A stretch of 64,000 nucleotides of DNA from Candidatus Babeliales bacterium (GCA_963701665.1 OY969622.1:1184001-1248000); one strand, 5' to 3'; shown: positions 19,391 through 29,700, counted from the first letter of the stretch. Made by a program: numbers and translations. Notes: generated from the sequence alone by a model not told the origin.

Positions 19391-22090
19391 ATGGTATTTT
19401 TAGTAAAAAACTTTTATAATTTTATTGCTAGTGAAGAATTTTTATTTTTAACAGAAATTCTTGCTTCATCAGTAAAAATATGTTTTTTCTATTTTTTACT
19501 TTCCAAAGCTTTCAAAACAAAGAAAATAACCTTTCCCTTAAGTAGTCTACTAGTACTTTTAATAAGCGGTTTTTTGGTGGATTGTGCTTGGATTATAAGA
19601 GGATATAGACACTTATTTGATCCCACTTTTGATATACGTTTTTGTATGTTCTTTATCAGATTAGCCTGGACTTTTAATATAATTCAATTTCATGCATTAT
19701 CTTTTTTTATTGAAAGTTTATTAGAAAAAAAGACCATCATTAATGTTCGTCAAAAAGTATCGATACTTATAAGTGCTGTCCCATGCTCATATTTTATAGT
19801 TTTGGGCATCGCTTTTTATAACTACCCTGGTTATAGAACTTCGTTTGAATTTTTTATGATGGGCGCAAGTTTTTTTTATATTAGCTCCATTATAATTTTA
19901 CCCACTCTTTATTTAACTCTAAAAAAGCTCAAACATAAAAACTATCCGGAAATTTTAAGAAAACAATTGACTATCTTTATAAAATATTTAATTTTCCCTT
20001 ATATGCTTACAGAAACTATTAATAATATTCTTATCATTCAGAATCTTTATTTTAATGCAGTTACAAGCACTTATACCTTGCTTCTTACTTTTGCCATTTA
20101 TTATGCTATGCGCAAAGTCATGGGTCTTCGTTTCTTGAATTTCCAAAATCATGTACAAGCAAGCAGATCTTTCAATTTTATTGACGATTTTAAAAATGTC
20201 CTTGAACAGTTAAGCCATACTAATTCTCTTTCAGAGCTCAGCATCGTAATGCAACTCTTTTTTAAAGAAGCCTTCAAGGTACCAGTACAACACACGCATC
20301 TTTACATTCGTATCCACACGCAACTCAATGCAAAAGCACAAGAACAAAAACCTGTGTTATCGACACGAGAACTTATCGTTGAACGCTATATTACCAAAGC
20401 AGATGATGCCCAAGATATCCTTGCCTATTTACGTGAGCATCGCATTGTCATTTATGATGAAATTGTATTTAATAATTTTTATCATGAAACAGCAATTAAT
20501 CTTCAGGTTATTCAATTTCTTGAACGTATTAACGCTGCAGTATTTATCCCTATTTTTGAGCACACCAGCCTTGTCGCTTATATAATGCTTGATCGCGATG
20601 GCAGAGCACAGGAATTTTATAGCGACGTTGAGCGTGACGAGATGATTGTTTTTGCAAGTTACCTTGGCAAAATTGTTCACCTTCTTCAAAATCGCAACCT
20701 CGGATTACTCATTGCTCAAGAAAAAGAATTGCGCGAAGAATTATTCCTTAAGCATCAAGAGAATAATCAATACAAAGAAAGTATCCGCTCATTTTTACGT
20801 TCAAGTAATCAACGCAAAATTGGCATCATATTTTATAAAAATAAAAAATTCACGTTGGGCAATCAAGCCGCCCAGGAACTCGTCCCTGTTGATTTAAATA
20901 CCCACATTGGCCATCCCCTCACCAAAGTATGCAAACAACTGGCCGAACACGTTCAAGCGTATAAAACAGCACAGCAAGCTTTTGCACAGGATGCTCAGGG
21001 CAATAAATTAATTTTAGTTGGTCTTCCCAACCTCGATCACACGAATGTCATCATCACCGTGTATTATCCTGAAATTGCTGACATTATCAAAAAGCAACTT
21101 GATATCCTTCACAACCCTTCTGAGTGGGATTATTTATTGTATTTAGAAACAACACAATCAGGAAAACTCATCAATCAGCTTGTGCCAAGCTCTGGCAGTC
21201 ATTTCTTAAATTTTAAAATTGAACTGTTAAAAACGGCGCTGAGCAAAAAGGCACTCTTATTACAAATGCCTGAGGCAGATTTGACGCCGACCGTGGAAAT
21301 TATTCACCATATTAGCTTGCGAGAAAAATTAGAAGTTATAAACGCACACACCCTTAAAAATACTGATCTTGCCATTCATCTTTTTGGCGTCAACCCACTT
21401 TTAGGCTTTGCCCAAAAGCCTTCGCTCCTTGAGCAATTAAATTCTGTCGGCACCCTCTTTATCCAAAATATTCATGCACTCGACGGAGAACTGCAAGAAA
21501 AATTGGCAGAATTTATTAAATATGGCTATTTCACGGTGTTTAAAGGCGATCAGCGCATTGTCAGTGACGTACGCATTATTGTTTCAACGCACGCCAACAT
21601 TGAAACGCTCATTCAAGAAGGAAAATTCTCACAAAGCTTATATAACGAACTCCAAAAAACGAGTCTCTGCTTGCCTCCTTTAACGGCACTCGCTCAAGAA
21701 GAAATTCAAGAGCTTGTCGAGGGCGTCACACAACAAGCATTGCACTCGTCAGTGTCCAAAAATTTACTTGCGCTCAACGATCGTGAAAAGAATTCTTTAA
21801 TTGATAATCGGCCTATGAGCTTGATGCAATTCAAGGCTAAGATTCTTCAAACATTGGCGCATAAATCCAAGAAAAGTAATGGCGTTTCTCCGCTTGAACT
21901 CGATTCAAATACAAATCTTACCGACCCAACGCTCATTCAAGCAGCGCGCTTAGGTAAAAAAGCGTTGAAAGACCCAAAAATGATGAGTATTCTGTGGAAT
22001 AGATTTAAGAACCAAAATAAAATTGCAGCATTCTTAGGCGTCAATCGATCGTCAATTAACCGACGACTTAAAGATTATAATATTGGCTAA
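19391..22090 (+). CDS. Membrane-anchored regulator: about 7 TM sensor, GAF-like region, degenerate sigma54-activator AAA+ domain, Fis-type HTH
   Basis: Hydrophobic N-terminal ~240 aa; GTLFIQNIHAL, LQEKL, DVRIIVST, GKFSQSLY, LPPL; C-terminal NQNKIAAFLGVNRSSINRRLK. Confidence 0.8.
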   Translation: MVFLVKNFYNFIASEEFLFLTEILASSVKICFFYFLLSKAFKTKKITFPLSSLLVLLISGFLVDCAWIIRGYRHLFDPTFDIRFCMFFIRLAWTFNIIQFHALSFFIESLLEKKTIINVRQKVSILISAVPCSYFIVLGIAFYNYPGYRTSFEFFMMGASFFYISSIIILPTLYLTLKKLKHKNYPEILRKQLTIFIKYLIFPYMLTETINNILIIQNLYFNAVTSTYTLLLTFAIYYAMRKVMGLRFLNFQNHVQASRSFNFIDDFKNVLEQLSHTNSLSELSIVMQLFFKEAFKVPVQHTHLYIRIHTQLNAKAQEQKPVLSTRELIVERYITKADDAQDILAYLREHRIVIYDEIVFNNFYHETAINLQVIQFLERINAAVFIPIFEHTSLVAYIMLDRDGRAQEFYSDVERDEMIVFASYLGKIVHLLQNRNLGLLIAQEKELREELFLKHQENNQYKESIRSFLRSSNQRKIGIIFYKNKKFTLGNQAAQELVPVDLNTHIGHPLTKVCKQLAEHVQAYKTAQQAFAQDAQGNKLILVGLPNLDHTNVIITVYYPEIADIIKKQLDILHNPSEWDYLLYLETTQSGKLINQLVPSSGSHFLNFKIELLKTALSKKALLLQMPEADLTPTVEIIHHISLREKLEVINAHTLKNTDLAIHLFGVNPLLGFAQKPSLLEQLNSVGTLFIQNIHALDGELQEKLAEFIKYGYFTVFKGDQRIVSDVRIIVSTHANIETLIQEGKFSQSLYNELQKTSLCLPPLTALAQEEIQELVEGVTQQALHSSVSKNLLALNDREKNSLIDNRPMSLMQFKAKILQTLAHKSKKSNGVSPLELDSNTNLTDPTLIQAARLGKKALKDPKMMSILWNRFKNQNKIAAFLGVNRSSINRRLKDYNIG

Positions 22091-22116
22091 ACACTCGTTT
22101 TTAAGGGAACCTATAA

Positions 22117-22212
22117 ATGTGGTATTGGTATGAAATATATGGCGTAGGATTGGCAACATTCTTTATAGTATATGGTATTAAGTGGTTTATTTTTGGAGAA
22201 AAAAAGTCATGA
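22117..22212 (+). CDS. 31-aa single-TM microprotein
   Basis: AAGGGA RBS; MWYWYEIYGVGLATFFIVYGIKWFIFGEKKS*; 26 nt after the regulator stop. Confidence 0.5.
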   Translation: MWYWYEIYGVGLATFFIVYGIKWFIFGEKKS

Positions 22213-22388
22213 CACAGAATATGCACGCAATAATTGCTTTCATTCTTTACCAAATTACCTGGCATTTATTCTTGAAAAAACATTTTGTTTTTAAAAAAGA
22301 AAAAGAATTTTGGAAAAAAATTCTAAGTGGTATTCTTTAATCTTAAAGAGAAACACTAAGTAGTTTTGAATAAATGAGAGGCTCGAAA

Positions 22389-22847
22389 ATGAAAGCAAAA
22401 ATTCTAATTACACTCTTCAGCTGCACAATTTTTATTGTTATGCCACTTCTTAGCATGGAACAACAAGAAGAACCAATTGAAGTGATTATCCATAACTCAG
22501 TATCGGACAATCGTGAACAATCAGCATCTGTTCCAGATGATATTTCGGAAAAAGTTCCTTTACCGTTCTGCTGGAGAGTCGCATCTAATATTGTCGCTAC
22601 AGGGATGATTACAGTACCACTTGTAACTATCGTCGGCGTGGCAGCAGCTGGTCCCACTATATTCAACGATGAAATGGGCTTAGATACTCTTCCAACTATA
22701 GTACTAAGTGCCTTCACTGCTCTTGTTAGCGGCACATTATGTTTATGTGCCTGCGCACAAGGTAAAGATAGATTTAACCAATGTCGAGCCCGTGCCAAAC
22801 AAAGAGCGGCAAGAAAATTTAGTTTCGCCGTAGAAAATAAAGTTTGA
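22389..22847 (+). CDS. Exported protein with bilobed hydrophobic domain (ME-type)
   Basis: MKAKILITLFSCTIFIVMPLLS|MEQQ; two TMs with a short loop. Confidence 0.7.
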   Translation: MKAKILITLFSCTIFIVMPLLSMEQQEEPIEVIIHNSVSDNREQSASVPDDISEKVPLPFCWRVASNIVATGMITVPLVTIVGVAAAGPTIFNDEMGLDTLPTIVLSAFTALVSGTLCLCACAQGKDRFNQCRARAKQRAARKFSFAVENKV

Positions 22848-22848
22848 T

Positions 22849-23595
22849 TTAGCTATTCTTTTTCAAAGCCTCTGCTTGACTGCCAAGAAGCCCTTTTAAT
22901 GATGCCCAAAATTTTTGATCTTCCGCATATTCTTTTTCAACAGCAGCGTCATAAAATTCTAAAGCCTTAATGGCAGCTTCTCTATCCTGTGTTTTTTGAA
23001 CAACCAGCTCATTAACAGTTTTATTATGCTGACAGCCCATGTATAGCAATAATTTTGCTTCAAGGGGATCAAAACAGAGAAATTCAAGTGCAAGAGCGCT
23101 CACCAAGGCAGCAAGTATGCTAATCCATGCCTTTTGATTTTTGAGTACGATTCTACGAAAGAGAAAAAAGAGCCCTATCACTAACAGAAATGAAAGAACC
23201 ATGTAGCCATAATGGACCATTTTCATAGAAAATGGCTGCACTTCTTTTAGCATCATCAATGCACGCGCAATAAGGAAAAATTGTTGCTCTTCGGGCATTA
23301 AGGAAAGCCATTCAGGATTAGCAACAATGACGGCATTTTGCGTTTGGGGATTTATTTGCCCATATATGAATTTATTGAGCGGATTTATTTCGATGCCAGC
23401 TTTTTTTGGGCTTGCCATTTCTACAGCTTTTTCATAGCCAATAAGTTCAGCAGCTTTTTGGCCTTGCGCAACAAGCTTCTCAGAAGCAGGAGCTGCAAAG
23501 ACATTTTCGAAAAATTCAGCGGTTTTTGCTGATACAGCTAGCACATTAACCATGCACAACAGAGCAAGAATGCTACTTATTTTTACTAATTTCAT
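22849..23595 (-). CDS. Inactive paralog of the adjacent M48 peptidase
   Basis: WLSLMPEEQQFFLIARALMMLKE aligns with FFEDLTPNEQRFLIGHELTHIQE of the neighbour; HExxH lost. Start set at MKLVKISS. Confidence 0.6.
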   Translation of the reverse strand: MKLVKISSILALLCMVNVLAVSAKTAEFFENVFAAPASEKLVAQGQKAAELIGYEKAVEMASPKKAGIEINPLNKFIYGQINPQTQNAVIVANPEWLSLMPEEQQFFLIARALMMLKEVQPFSMKMVHYGYMVLSFLLVIGLFFLFRRIVLKNQKAWISILAALVSALALEFLCFDPLEAKLLLYMGCQHNKTVNELVVQKTQDREAAIKALEFYDAAVEKEYAEDQKFWASLKGLLGSQAEALKKNS

Positions 23596-24397
23596 AGTGT
23601 TCCTTATGGGTAGTTTGAAGGTTATTACATAATAATTTTCGTTCATTATATGATGGATGATCTGAAAAAAAGCCAAAATGTGGATTTTCAGAGGGTAAGC
23701 TAAAATCTTTCTGCCAACGGCGCAATAACGCCATGCACCCATCATACGAGGTAAGTTTTGTTAACGATTGCTCGTCGGCAATGCGTTCTATATGTCTTCG
23801 ATATGCCAAATTAGATAACCCTGGCCCGAGCAAACTTGCATACGTCAGAATAATTGCAGGGAGGGTTATAGCCAGTTTTTGATACGATTGAGGAATTTTT
23901 GTTTTTATATAAGGAACCCACATAGCATAGAGGAAATATCCCACACAGCTCAGTAACAAAATAATAAAAAAGAGTGTAATGAAATTTGAATAGAGCGTGT
24001 GATTTTCTTGGATATGAGTCAGCTCGTGGCCAATCAAAAATCGTTGTTCATTGGGAGTTAAATCTTCAAAAAACCCTTCACTAATAAATAAAAAGGGCTT
24101 ATTGCTCAATGGTATGAAAAGGAAAAGCATTGGAAAATAAGCAAATGCATTCCAATAACCCATCGTTGCTAGCGCATAACGATTCATTTTACGAATAGTA
24201 AATGGTTCGGTCATGCCCATCTCATGAGCTATGCTCAAAATCTTTTCTTCTTGCGCTGGAGCAAGATGTTGGCTACCAAATTGTTCCTCTGCTGCCTGAA
24301 TGGCATAGTCATTCAGGTATAAAAAGATAAGGTTCCGGGCACAGAATAGTATACCTAGACCTAGGAAGATGCTAAAAATGATCAGTTTTTTATTCAT
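23573..24397 (-). CDS. M48-family zinc metallopeptidase
   Basis: NAFA, HELTH, ERIAD, FSDHPSYNER. Confidence 0.85.
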   Translation of the reverse strand: MNKKLIIFSIFLGLGILFCARNLIFLYLNDYAIQAAEEQFGSQHLAPAQEEKILSIAHEMGMTEPFTIRKMNRYALATMGYWNAFAYFPMLFLFIPLSNKPFLFISEGFFEDLTPNEQRFLIGHELTHIQENHTLYSNFITLFFIILLLSCVGYFLYAMWVPYIKTKIPQSYQKLAITLPAIILTYASLLGPGLSNLAYRRHIERIADEQSLTKLTSYDGCMALLRRWQKDFSLPSENPHFGFFSDHPSYNERKLLCNNLQTTHKEHYEISKNK

Positions 24398-24762
24398 GAA
24401 CGCTATGTCTTTATTTATATTAGGAAATTTATGGAAAAATTATGTACACTAAAAATGGTTTTTATATTTAATAGTATAGCAGGTGGGAATTATTTTGCTA
24501 TAAATGCCAATTTTTTGCATAAACGGGTTCATATTGGGCCAGCAGCACAATAGGTCCTTCTTAAAAAAGTGCTAATCCTGATACCTAAACTATGTGTTCA
24601 AATATGTATTTGTATTGATTTTATTAAAAATAATGAGACAATATAACCCTATACTGTAGTTATTCAATCTTATTTGAAAGGATAAAATCGCGAAATAATT
24701 GCACCAATCTCTTTTAAACATTGCTTGTGACAAACAATGCACAATCTCATAAGGAAAAATCT

Positions 24763-25645
24763 ATGATGTTTCGTCTATGCAGTGTAGTAGTGAATGCCAT
24801 GCTTGTTTCCAATCTTTTATCATGTCAAGAAGCTGATTTGCTCAAATCAAAAGGATTTATTGAGATAGAAAATAAATCTTTTTTGAAAGAAGATTTCAAT
24901 CAAGTTTACCAGTCTTTCAATAATTTTATTCATAGCATGACTGAAAAACCCGAAATTTCAAAAAAATTCGTACATCTGAAAAAGAATTTTTGAATCTTTT
25001 AGACTTTAAAAATCGCTTTTGCTCAGCACCTCCAAGTTATAGAAATCCAAAAGAAGATCTCACCAAGCGACATAATAAGATTTACTTTCAGTTTATCCAC
25101 GAATATTATCAATTCTTGCGTGAACAAAACATACAGGAAATATCTAACGTTTATCCTTTTTTAGACAAAATGGATGAAATTGATTGTATGGCAAAAAGAA
25201 TATTTGGAGAAACTCTTGAAGTATTAGACAATGACTATCCAAATATTAAAAAATTGTTTTATGGGAACCATCAAGAACTGACCGTCATTACCAATATGAT
25301 CAAGCAGAGCCTGATCGATGGGCCACTACTGCTCATTTTGATAAATCTGGGCTGAGTCTAATTTGGGGTTCCAGTGATGATAATAATGAAAGCCTATTAA
25401 TTTGCGAAGATACTCAAAACCCAAGCCTTGAAAAACTTAAAATTCCATCAAGAAACTTTGCTCGTCAAAATGATGCTAGCTCAGCAATTTTAATTGCAGG
25501 CGCAGCACTTCAAAAAGTAGGGATAGATATGAAACCAACCCTTCATGGCGTCGCACCTATAAAGAACCCTCATAGATTTGCCGTCATTTCTTTTTTATTA
25601 ATTCCTGATATAGATATGAGTGATATAAAAACTGATTTTCAATAA
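24763..25645 (+). pseudogene. Frameshifted 2OG-Fe(II) oxygenase-like gene
   Basis: Three frames join into one protein ending AHFDKSG...PTLHGV...RFAVISF (HxD...H...R). Breaks at the A7 run (24960-24966) and near 25290. Confidence 0.7.
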
Positions 25646-25653
25646 AGGCTATC

Positions 25654-26106
25654 ATGTTGTATCCATCAGCAAAAGTACTCATTAAACATCCTTCCGATGC
25701 CAAACAAATTTTAATGGTAAAACGTTTTGTTAATGGAACCATGTCTTATGAGCCTGCTGGTGGAAAAATCGAAGTCAATTTTCAAGAGAAAAAAGCAGAG
25801 AGCCTTGAACAATGCGCAATACGAGAAGCTCGAGAAGAACTAGGGCTTCTCATTTCAATTGAGAATTATATTGGCTCATATTACTTCTTTTGGTCCATCG
25901 ATCCAAAAAAATTTTCATCATGCGCCTTATTTATTGGAACAATTATTGCACGTGATAAAGATTTTAAAAGAAATGCTGATGCATGTGAATTACCCATCGA
26001 ACCTGCTTGGGTATCACTCAATGAACTTGTTAACAAAAAAGTACCTATTGATCCATTGCATGTGGGATTAGAGGGCCTAATAATGAATCATTTCAAGTTA
26101 ACTTAG
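25654..26106 (+). CDS. NUDIX hydrolase
   Basis: PAGGKIE...ESLEQCAIREAREELGL. Confidence 0.85.
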   Translation: MLYPSAKVLIKHPSDAKQILMVKRFVNGTMSYEPAGGKIEVNFQEKKAESLEQCAIREAREELGLLISIENYIGSYYFFWSIDPKKFSSCALFIGTIIARDKDFKRNADACELPIEPAWVSLNELVNKKVPIDPLHVGLEGLIMNHFKLT

Positions 26107-26206
26107 CCGTGGGAATCCAAAACTTTAATACATCATTTTAGGAATTAATTTTTATAAGCTGGGTTGCCACACCTACTACGTTAAAGCTCCGTAGTTTCGC
26201 AATGAC
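26103..26206 (+). repeat. Palindromic repeat copy F (5' truncated)
   Basis: TTAGCCGTGGGAATCCA...TGGGTTGCCAC...TCGCAATGAC; supplies the TAG stop of the NUDIX gene. Confidence 0.8.
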
Positions 26207-26257
26207 AACTCTGTTTTCGATGTTTTCTGTCCAAAACAAATATTTGGTTCTTGGCTC

Positions 26258-26680
26258 TTATTCAAGCCATGCCTCAACATGCTCAAGTAGTTCTTTAGCA
26301 TTTTTGAAGGTTAGCTTTTCAACTGCTTGTTCAAAGGGTAGCCAGGTATAATCGGTATGTTCATAGGATAGCGTAACGGCCTTATGGGCGCTTGGCGCTA
26401 CAAAAAAGTACACTTTTTTCAGCACAAGCTCATGCGTTTTGGGATCTTTAAAAAAATAGGAAAATGCTTGTTCAAATCCAGCAGCAAGAGTAACCTCAAG
26501 CCCTGTCTCTTCTTTTAATTCCCGCAATGCCGCCGCTTCTTTACTTTCATCTTTTTCTATATGTCCTTTAGGAAAATCCCAATGACCGTAGCCAGCGGCG
26601 CCATATTGCAAAAGTAAATATAAACGATGCTGCTTCGTCTCATGATATACCACAACACCAGCTGAAAATTCTCGTTTCAT
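26258..26680 (-). CDS. NUDIX Ap4A hydrolase-like (asymmetrical)
   Basis: SAGVVVY, YLLLQY, HWDFPKGHIE, AALRELKEETGL, LSYEH. Confidence 0.85.
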   Translation of the reverse strand: MKREFSAGVVVYHETKQHRLYLLLQYGAAGYGHWDFPKGHIEKDESKEAAALRELKEETGLEVTLAAGFEQAFSYFFKDPKTHELVLKKVYFFVAPSAHKAVTLSYEHTDYTWLPFEQAVEKLTFKNAKELLEHVEAWLE

Positions 26681-26700
26681 AGCATCCCTAATCTAAAAAC

Positions 26701-28386
26701 CTAATCTAAAAAGTAGAGGCGTACGCTGAAGAACGCGCGCGTTTTATAAAAAAGATACCCAATCATCATGCATAAAGGTCCTGTCCACAACCAAAATCCC
26801 ATTTTGGTAAGGAAAAAAGTTTTGAGTGCAGAGGTGCATGCATAACTTATAAGCACAATACCACCTTGATAAAGAAGCCCAAATAATAAGATAAGAAGAA
26901 GTAATTGTTTACCTGCTGCTTTAACAAAGGTAAAGAACGGTCTGATATAAATAGACATCGAAAAATTTCTGTGCAAAAACCATAAGAGTAAAAAACTTTG
27001 CAAGGCACATGAAAATACCATAGCAAGTGCCAGACCAACTGCCCCGAAAAATGGCATTAACAGTTTTCCAAAACAGTAGTTGCTCACAATTGCAACTAGT
27101 GAAACAATAATAATTGATGATGTTGAACCTTTGAGTGTATAAAAAAGGCTCAAAATAATTTTATAGAGCGAAAAGAAAAAAAGGCCTGCTAAAAACGCAA
27201 TGAGCACGTTGCTTGCTTGTGCAACATGATCAACGGTAAATTTGGATGACAAAAATAAGGTAAGGAAAATTTTTTCAGCTAACAGCATCATGATAAGCAT
27301 TGCGGGAATAGTAATCCAAAAAACTACTTTTGCTGCTTCAAGTAAATAGATACTTAAGCGTTGAGGAGCGTAGGTACTCACGCGCGAAAAATAGGGCAAC
27401 AAAATTGTAGAAAATGCGGTAGCAAAAACGCCCAAAGGAATCCCCATAAATCTATTTGCGTAATTAAGAAACGAGATAGAACCGTGGGGCAAATAGGTTG
27501 CCACTGTTGTGATAATGGCCAAATTAACTTCCAAAATGCTCATGCTAAAGAAAAATGGAATAAATTTTATTAAAAGATCTTTGAAGTATGGTTTTATTTC
27601 ATGGGTAGGGTAAGCAAATTTGAAATGCAACATATAAAAAGCGGCGATATGCAAAAAAAGCTGCAATAATCCACCCACCAAAATAAAATAACATAAACTT
27701 TCAACCGATAAACCAAATTTCAAGCAACTCAAAAGACCTGCTATATAAACAACATTCATCAAAACGGGGGCGATGGCAGGAATAAAAAAATGATTTACTG
27801 CTTGTAATGCCCCAGCTAGAATTGCACTGCTCGAAAGATAAATTATAAATGAGATAAGCAACCGTAAATAGATAATTGCATGCTGCGCAATTTCAGGACC
27901 TGGCCCAGGAATATACCATGCGGGGAAAAACCATTCAAACAGTGATCCCAAAAAAGGGATTGATGATTTGAGCGGTTGTACTGCGCCATCCATATACCAA
28001 CCGGGCGCTAAAAAACGAATGACCAATTCAGCCTGCCAGAAAATAAGAACGCATAAGCCAATTAAAATTCCTTCAAATAACAAAAATGTCAGACTCATTA
28101 AAGATCCAACAAGATCACGGCGATCTTTTTTTGTTAAAGTAACTAACGTTGGCACTAACGCAGAGCTTAATGCCCCTTCTGCAAAAATTTTGCGCAACGA
28201 ATTAGGAATTTTATAGGCAGTAAAAAATGCATCTGAAAGTGCCCCAGCGCCCAGGAATTGCACCATTAAGATTTCACGTGCAAGACCCAATAACCTACTC
28301 AAAAGTGTCGAAGTTCCGACTTGAATTGTTTTTTTTATGACACCTTTTTTATCAAATGATAAGGCCGCTTGTTGTTTGGTGAGCAT
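26701..28386 (-). CDS. murJ: Lipid II flippase MurJ/MviN
   Basis: TLLSRLLGLARE, DAFFTAYKIPNSLRKIFAEGA, YANRFMGIPLGVF. Confidence 0.93.
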   Translation of the reverse strand: MLTKQQAALSFDKKGVIKKTIQVGTSTLLSRLLGLAREILMVQFLGAGALSDAFFTAYKIPNSLRKIFAEGALSSALVPTLVTLTKKDRRDLVGSLMSLTFLLFEGILIGLCVLIFWQAELVIRFLAPGWYMDGAVQPLKSSIPFLGSLFEWFFPAWYIPGPGPEIAQHAIIYLRLLISFIIYLSSSAILAGALQAVNHFFIPAIAPVLMNVVYIAGLLSCLKFGLSVESLCYFILVGGLLQLFLHIAAFYMLHFKFAYPTHEIKPYFKDLLIKFIPFFFSMSILEVNLAIITTVATYLPHGSISFLNYANRFMGIPLGVFATAFSTILLPYFSRVSTYAPQRLSIYLLEAAKVVFWITIPAMLIMMLLAEKIFLTLFLSSKFTVDHVAQASNVLIAFLAGLFFFSLYKIILSLFYTLKGSTSSIIIVSLVAIVSNYCFGKLLMPFFGAVGLALAMVFSCALQSFLLLWFLHRNFSMSIYIRPFFTFVKAAGKQLLLLILLFGLLYQGGIVLISYACTSALKTFFLTKMGFWLWTGPLCMMIGYLFYKTRAFFSVRLYFLD

Positions 28387-28446
28387 GGGAACTCCTTGCC
28401 TAAGTAAACGTTATTAAAAAATTCCAATAGTTAATCTAAAATACAT

Positions 28447-28986
28447 TTAAGGATCAAAGCGGGAAATATCAAAATCATCGTAAAAACACAGAGTGCTAAA
28501 AGGGGAAATATCAAATAATTCATCTGTATCCAAATCAGCGCACGGATATTGGGTATGCTTAAACAAATATCGCTCTTCAGTATCTGTACAATCTTCTACA
28601 GAGCTATCGCCGATTTCTTTCTTTTGCATTTCTGGCATCCGCTCATTTTCCAGTTGCTGTTTTAATTTTCTTGCTTCTCGCGCTCGTTTGCGCCGCAATT
28701 TTCTTTTTTTTGCTTTGCTTGGCTTTTGACTTTGAAGAACATTTTTTGGTGTTATATTAACCTTTTCCATAAATGCATGGAAGGCCAGCGCATCTTCTTC
28801 AGTTCCCAATGCGGTACAGTAGCGACTAGTTTCCAAAAATTTATTTAAATGTGCCCATGCTTCTTCGCCTTTTTTGCCATTTATTTCTATATCAAAATTG
28901 TCCAAAAAACCTTTTTCACCTTGATCCATACAAGAAAGAGCAAATGAACATAACAAGATAGATATCAAAACAATGTAATGTATCAT
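28447..28986 (-). CDS. Exported hypothetical protein with basic NLS-like patch (MD-type)
   Basis: ALSC|MDQG; KAKKRKLRRKRAREARKLK. Confidence 0.7.
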   Translation of the reverse strand: MIHYIVLISILLCSFALSCMDQGEKGFLDNFDIEINGKKGEEAWAHLNKFLETSRYCTALGTEEDALAFHAFMEKVNITPKNVLQSQKPSKAKKRKLRRKRAREARKLKQQLENERMPEMQKKEIGDSSVEDCTDTEERYLFKHTQYPCADLDTDELFDISPFSTLCFYDDFDISRFDP

Positions 28987-29695
28987 GCACTTTTCCTTTC
29001 ATCTGGCTTATAATTTTTGTCTTCCAGCAAAAACCCATTTTTAAGTTCCAGCACTGTATGCATTCTTTTTTTAATTTCAGGATCATGGGAACTTATAATC
29101 AAACCCATAGCATACTCCTCTTGATACGCGAGCACAAGATCAATAATCACAGCGCCCGTTTTTGCATCTAAATTTCCTGTGGGTTCATCAGCAAGTAAAA
29201 AACGAGGGCGATTACATAACGCGCGTGCTAAAGCCGCGCGGTGTTGCTGACCGCCCGAGAGCGTTCCAGGCAAAACGTACGCCTTATCGGTCAGGCCCAC
29301 GCGCTCAAGTAACTCGAGTGCTTCTTTTTTTACTTCATTATTATTTTTTTTGGCGAGTATCCCTTTAATCATAACATTTTCAAGAACACTCAACTCCGGA
29401 ATTAAATACGGTTGTTGAAAAAGGATACCAATGTGCTGATTATAAAAAAGTTCTTTTTGTGCTGCGGTATAGTGATCGATCCGTTCATTATGATAGGCAA
29501 CATAGCCTTCTGTTGGCTTTTCAAGGCCTGCCAGCATATGCAGAAAGGTGGATTTGCCACTTCCTGATGCGCCGGTTATGACATAGCGCATGCCTTGTTC
29601 AAAAAAAAAGTAACCCCGTTAACAATCATAACGGGGTTACCAGCTTGTATAAACGTTTTTTTTATATTGTGCGTTGAAATATGTGTTTTATTCAC
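28983..29695 (-). CDS. lolD: LolD-like ABC transporter ATPase with a frameshift in a T9 run near the 5' end
   Basis: GASGSGKST, LSGGQ, LLADEPTGNLD, SHD. The N-terminus (GTG at 29695, MNKTHISTHNIKKTFIQAGNPVMIVNGVT) is out of frame by one base at 29601-29609. Confidence 0.75.
29601..29640 (-). terminator. Terminator-like hairpin plus U9 inside the lolD 5' coding region
   Basis: GTAACCCCGTTA-7 nt-TAACGGGGTTAC-TTTTTTTTT. Confidence 0.55.
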
Positions 29696-29700
29696 GAGAA

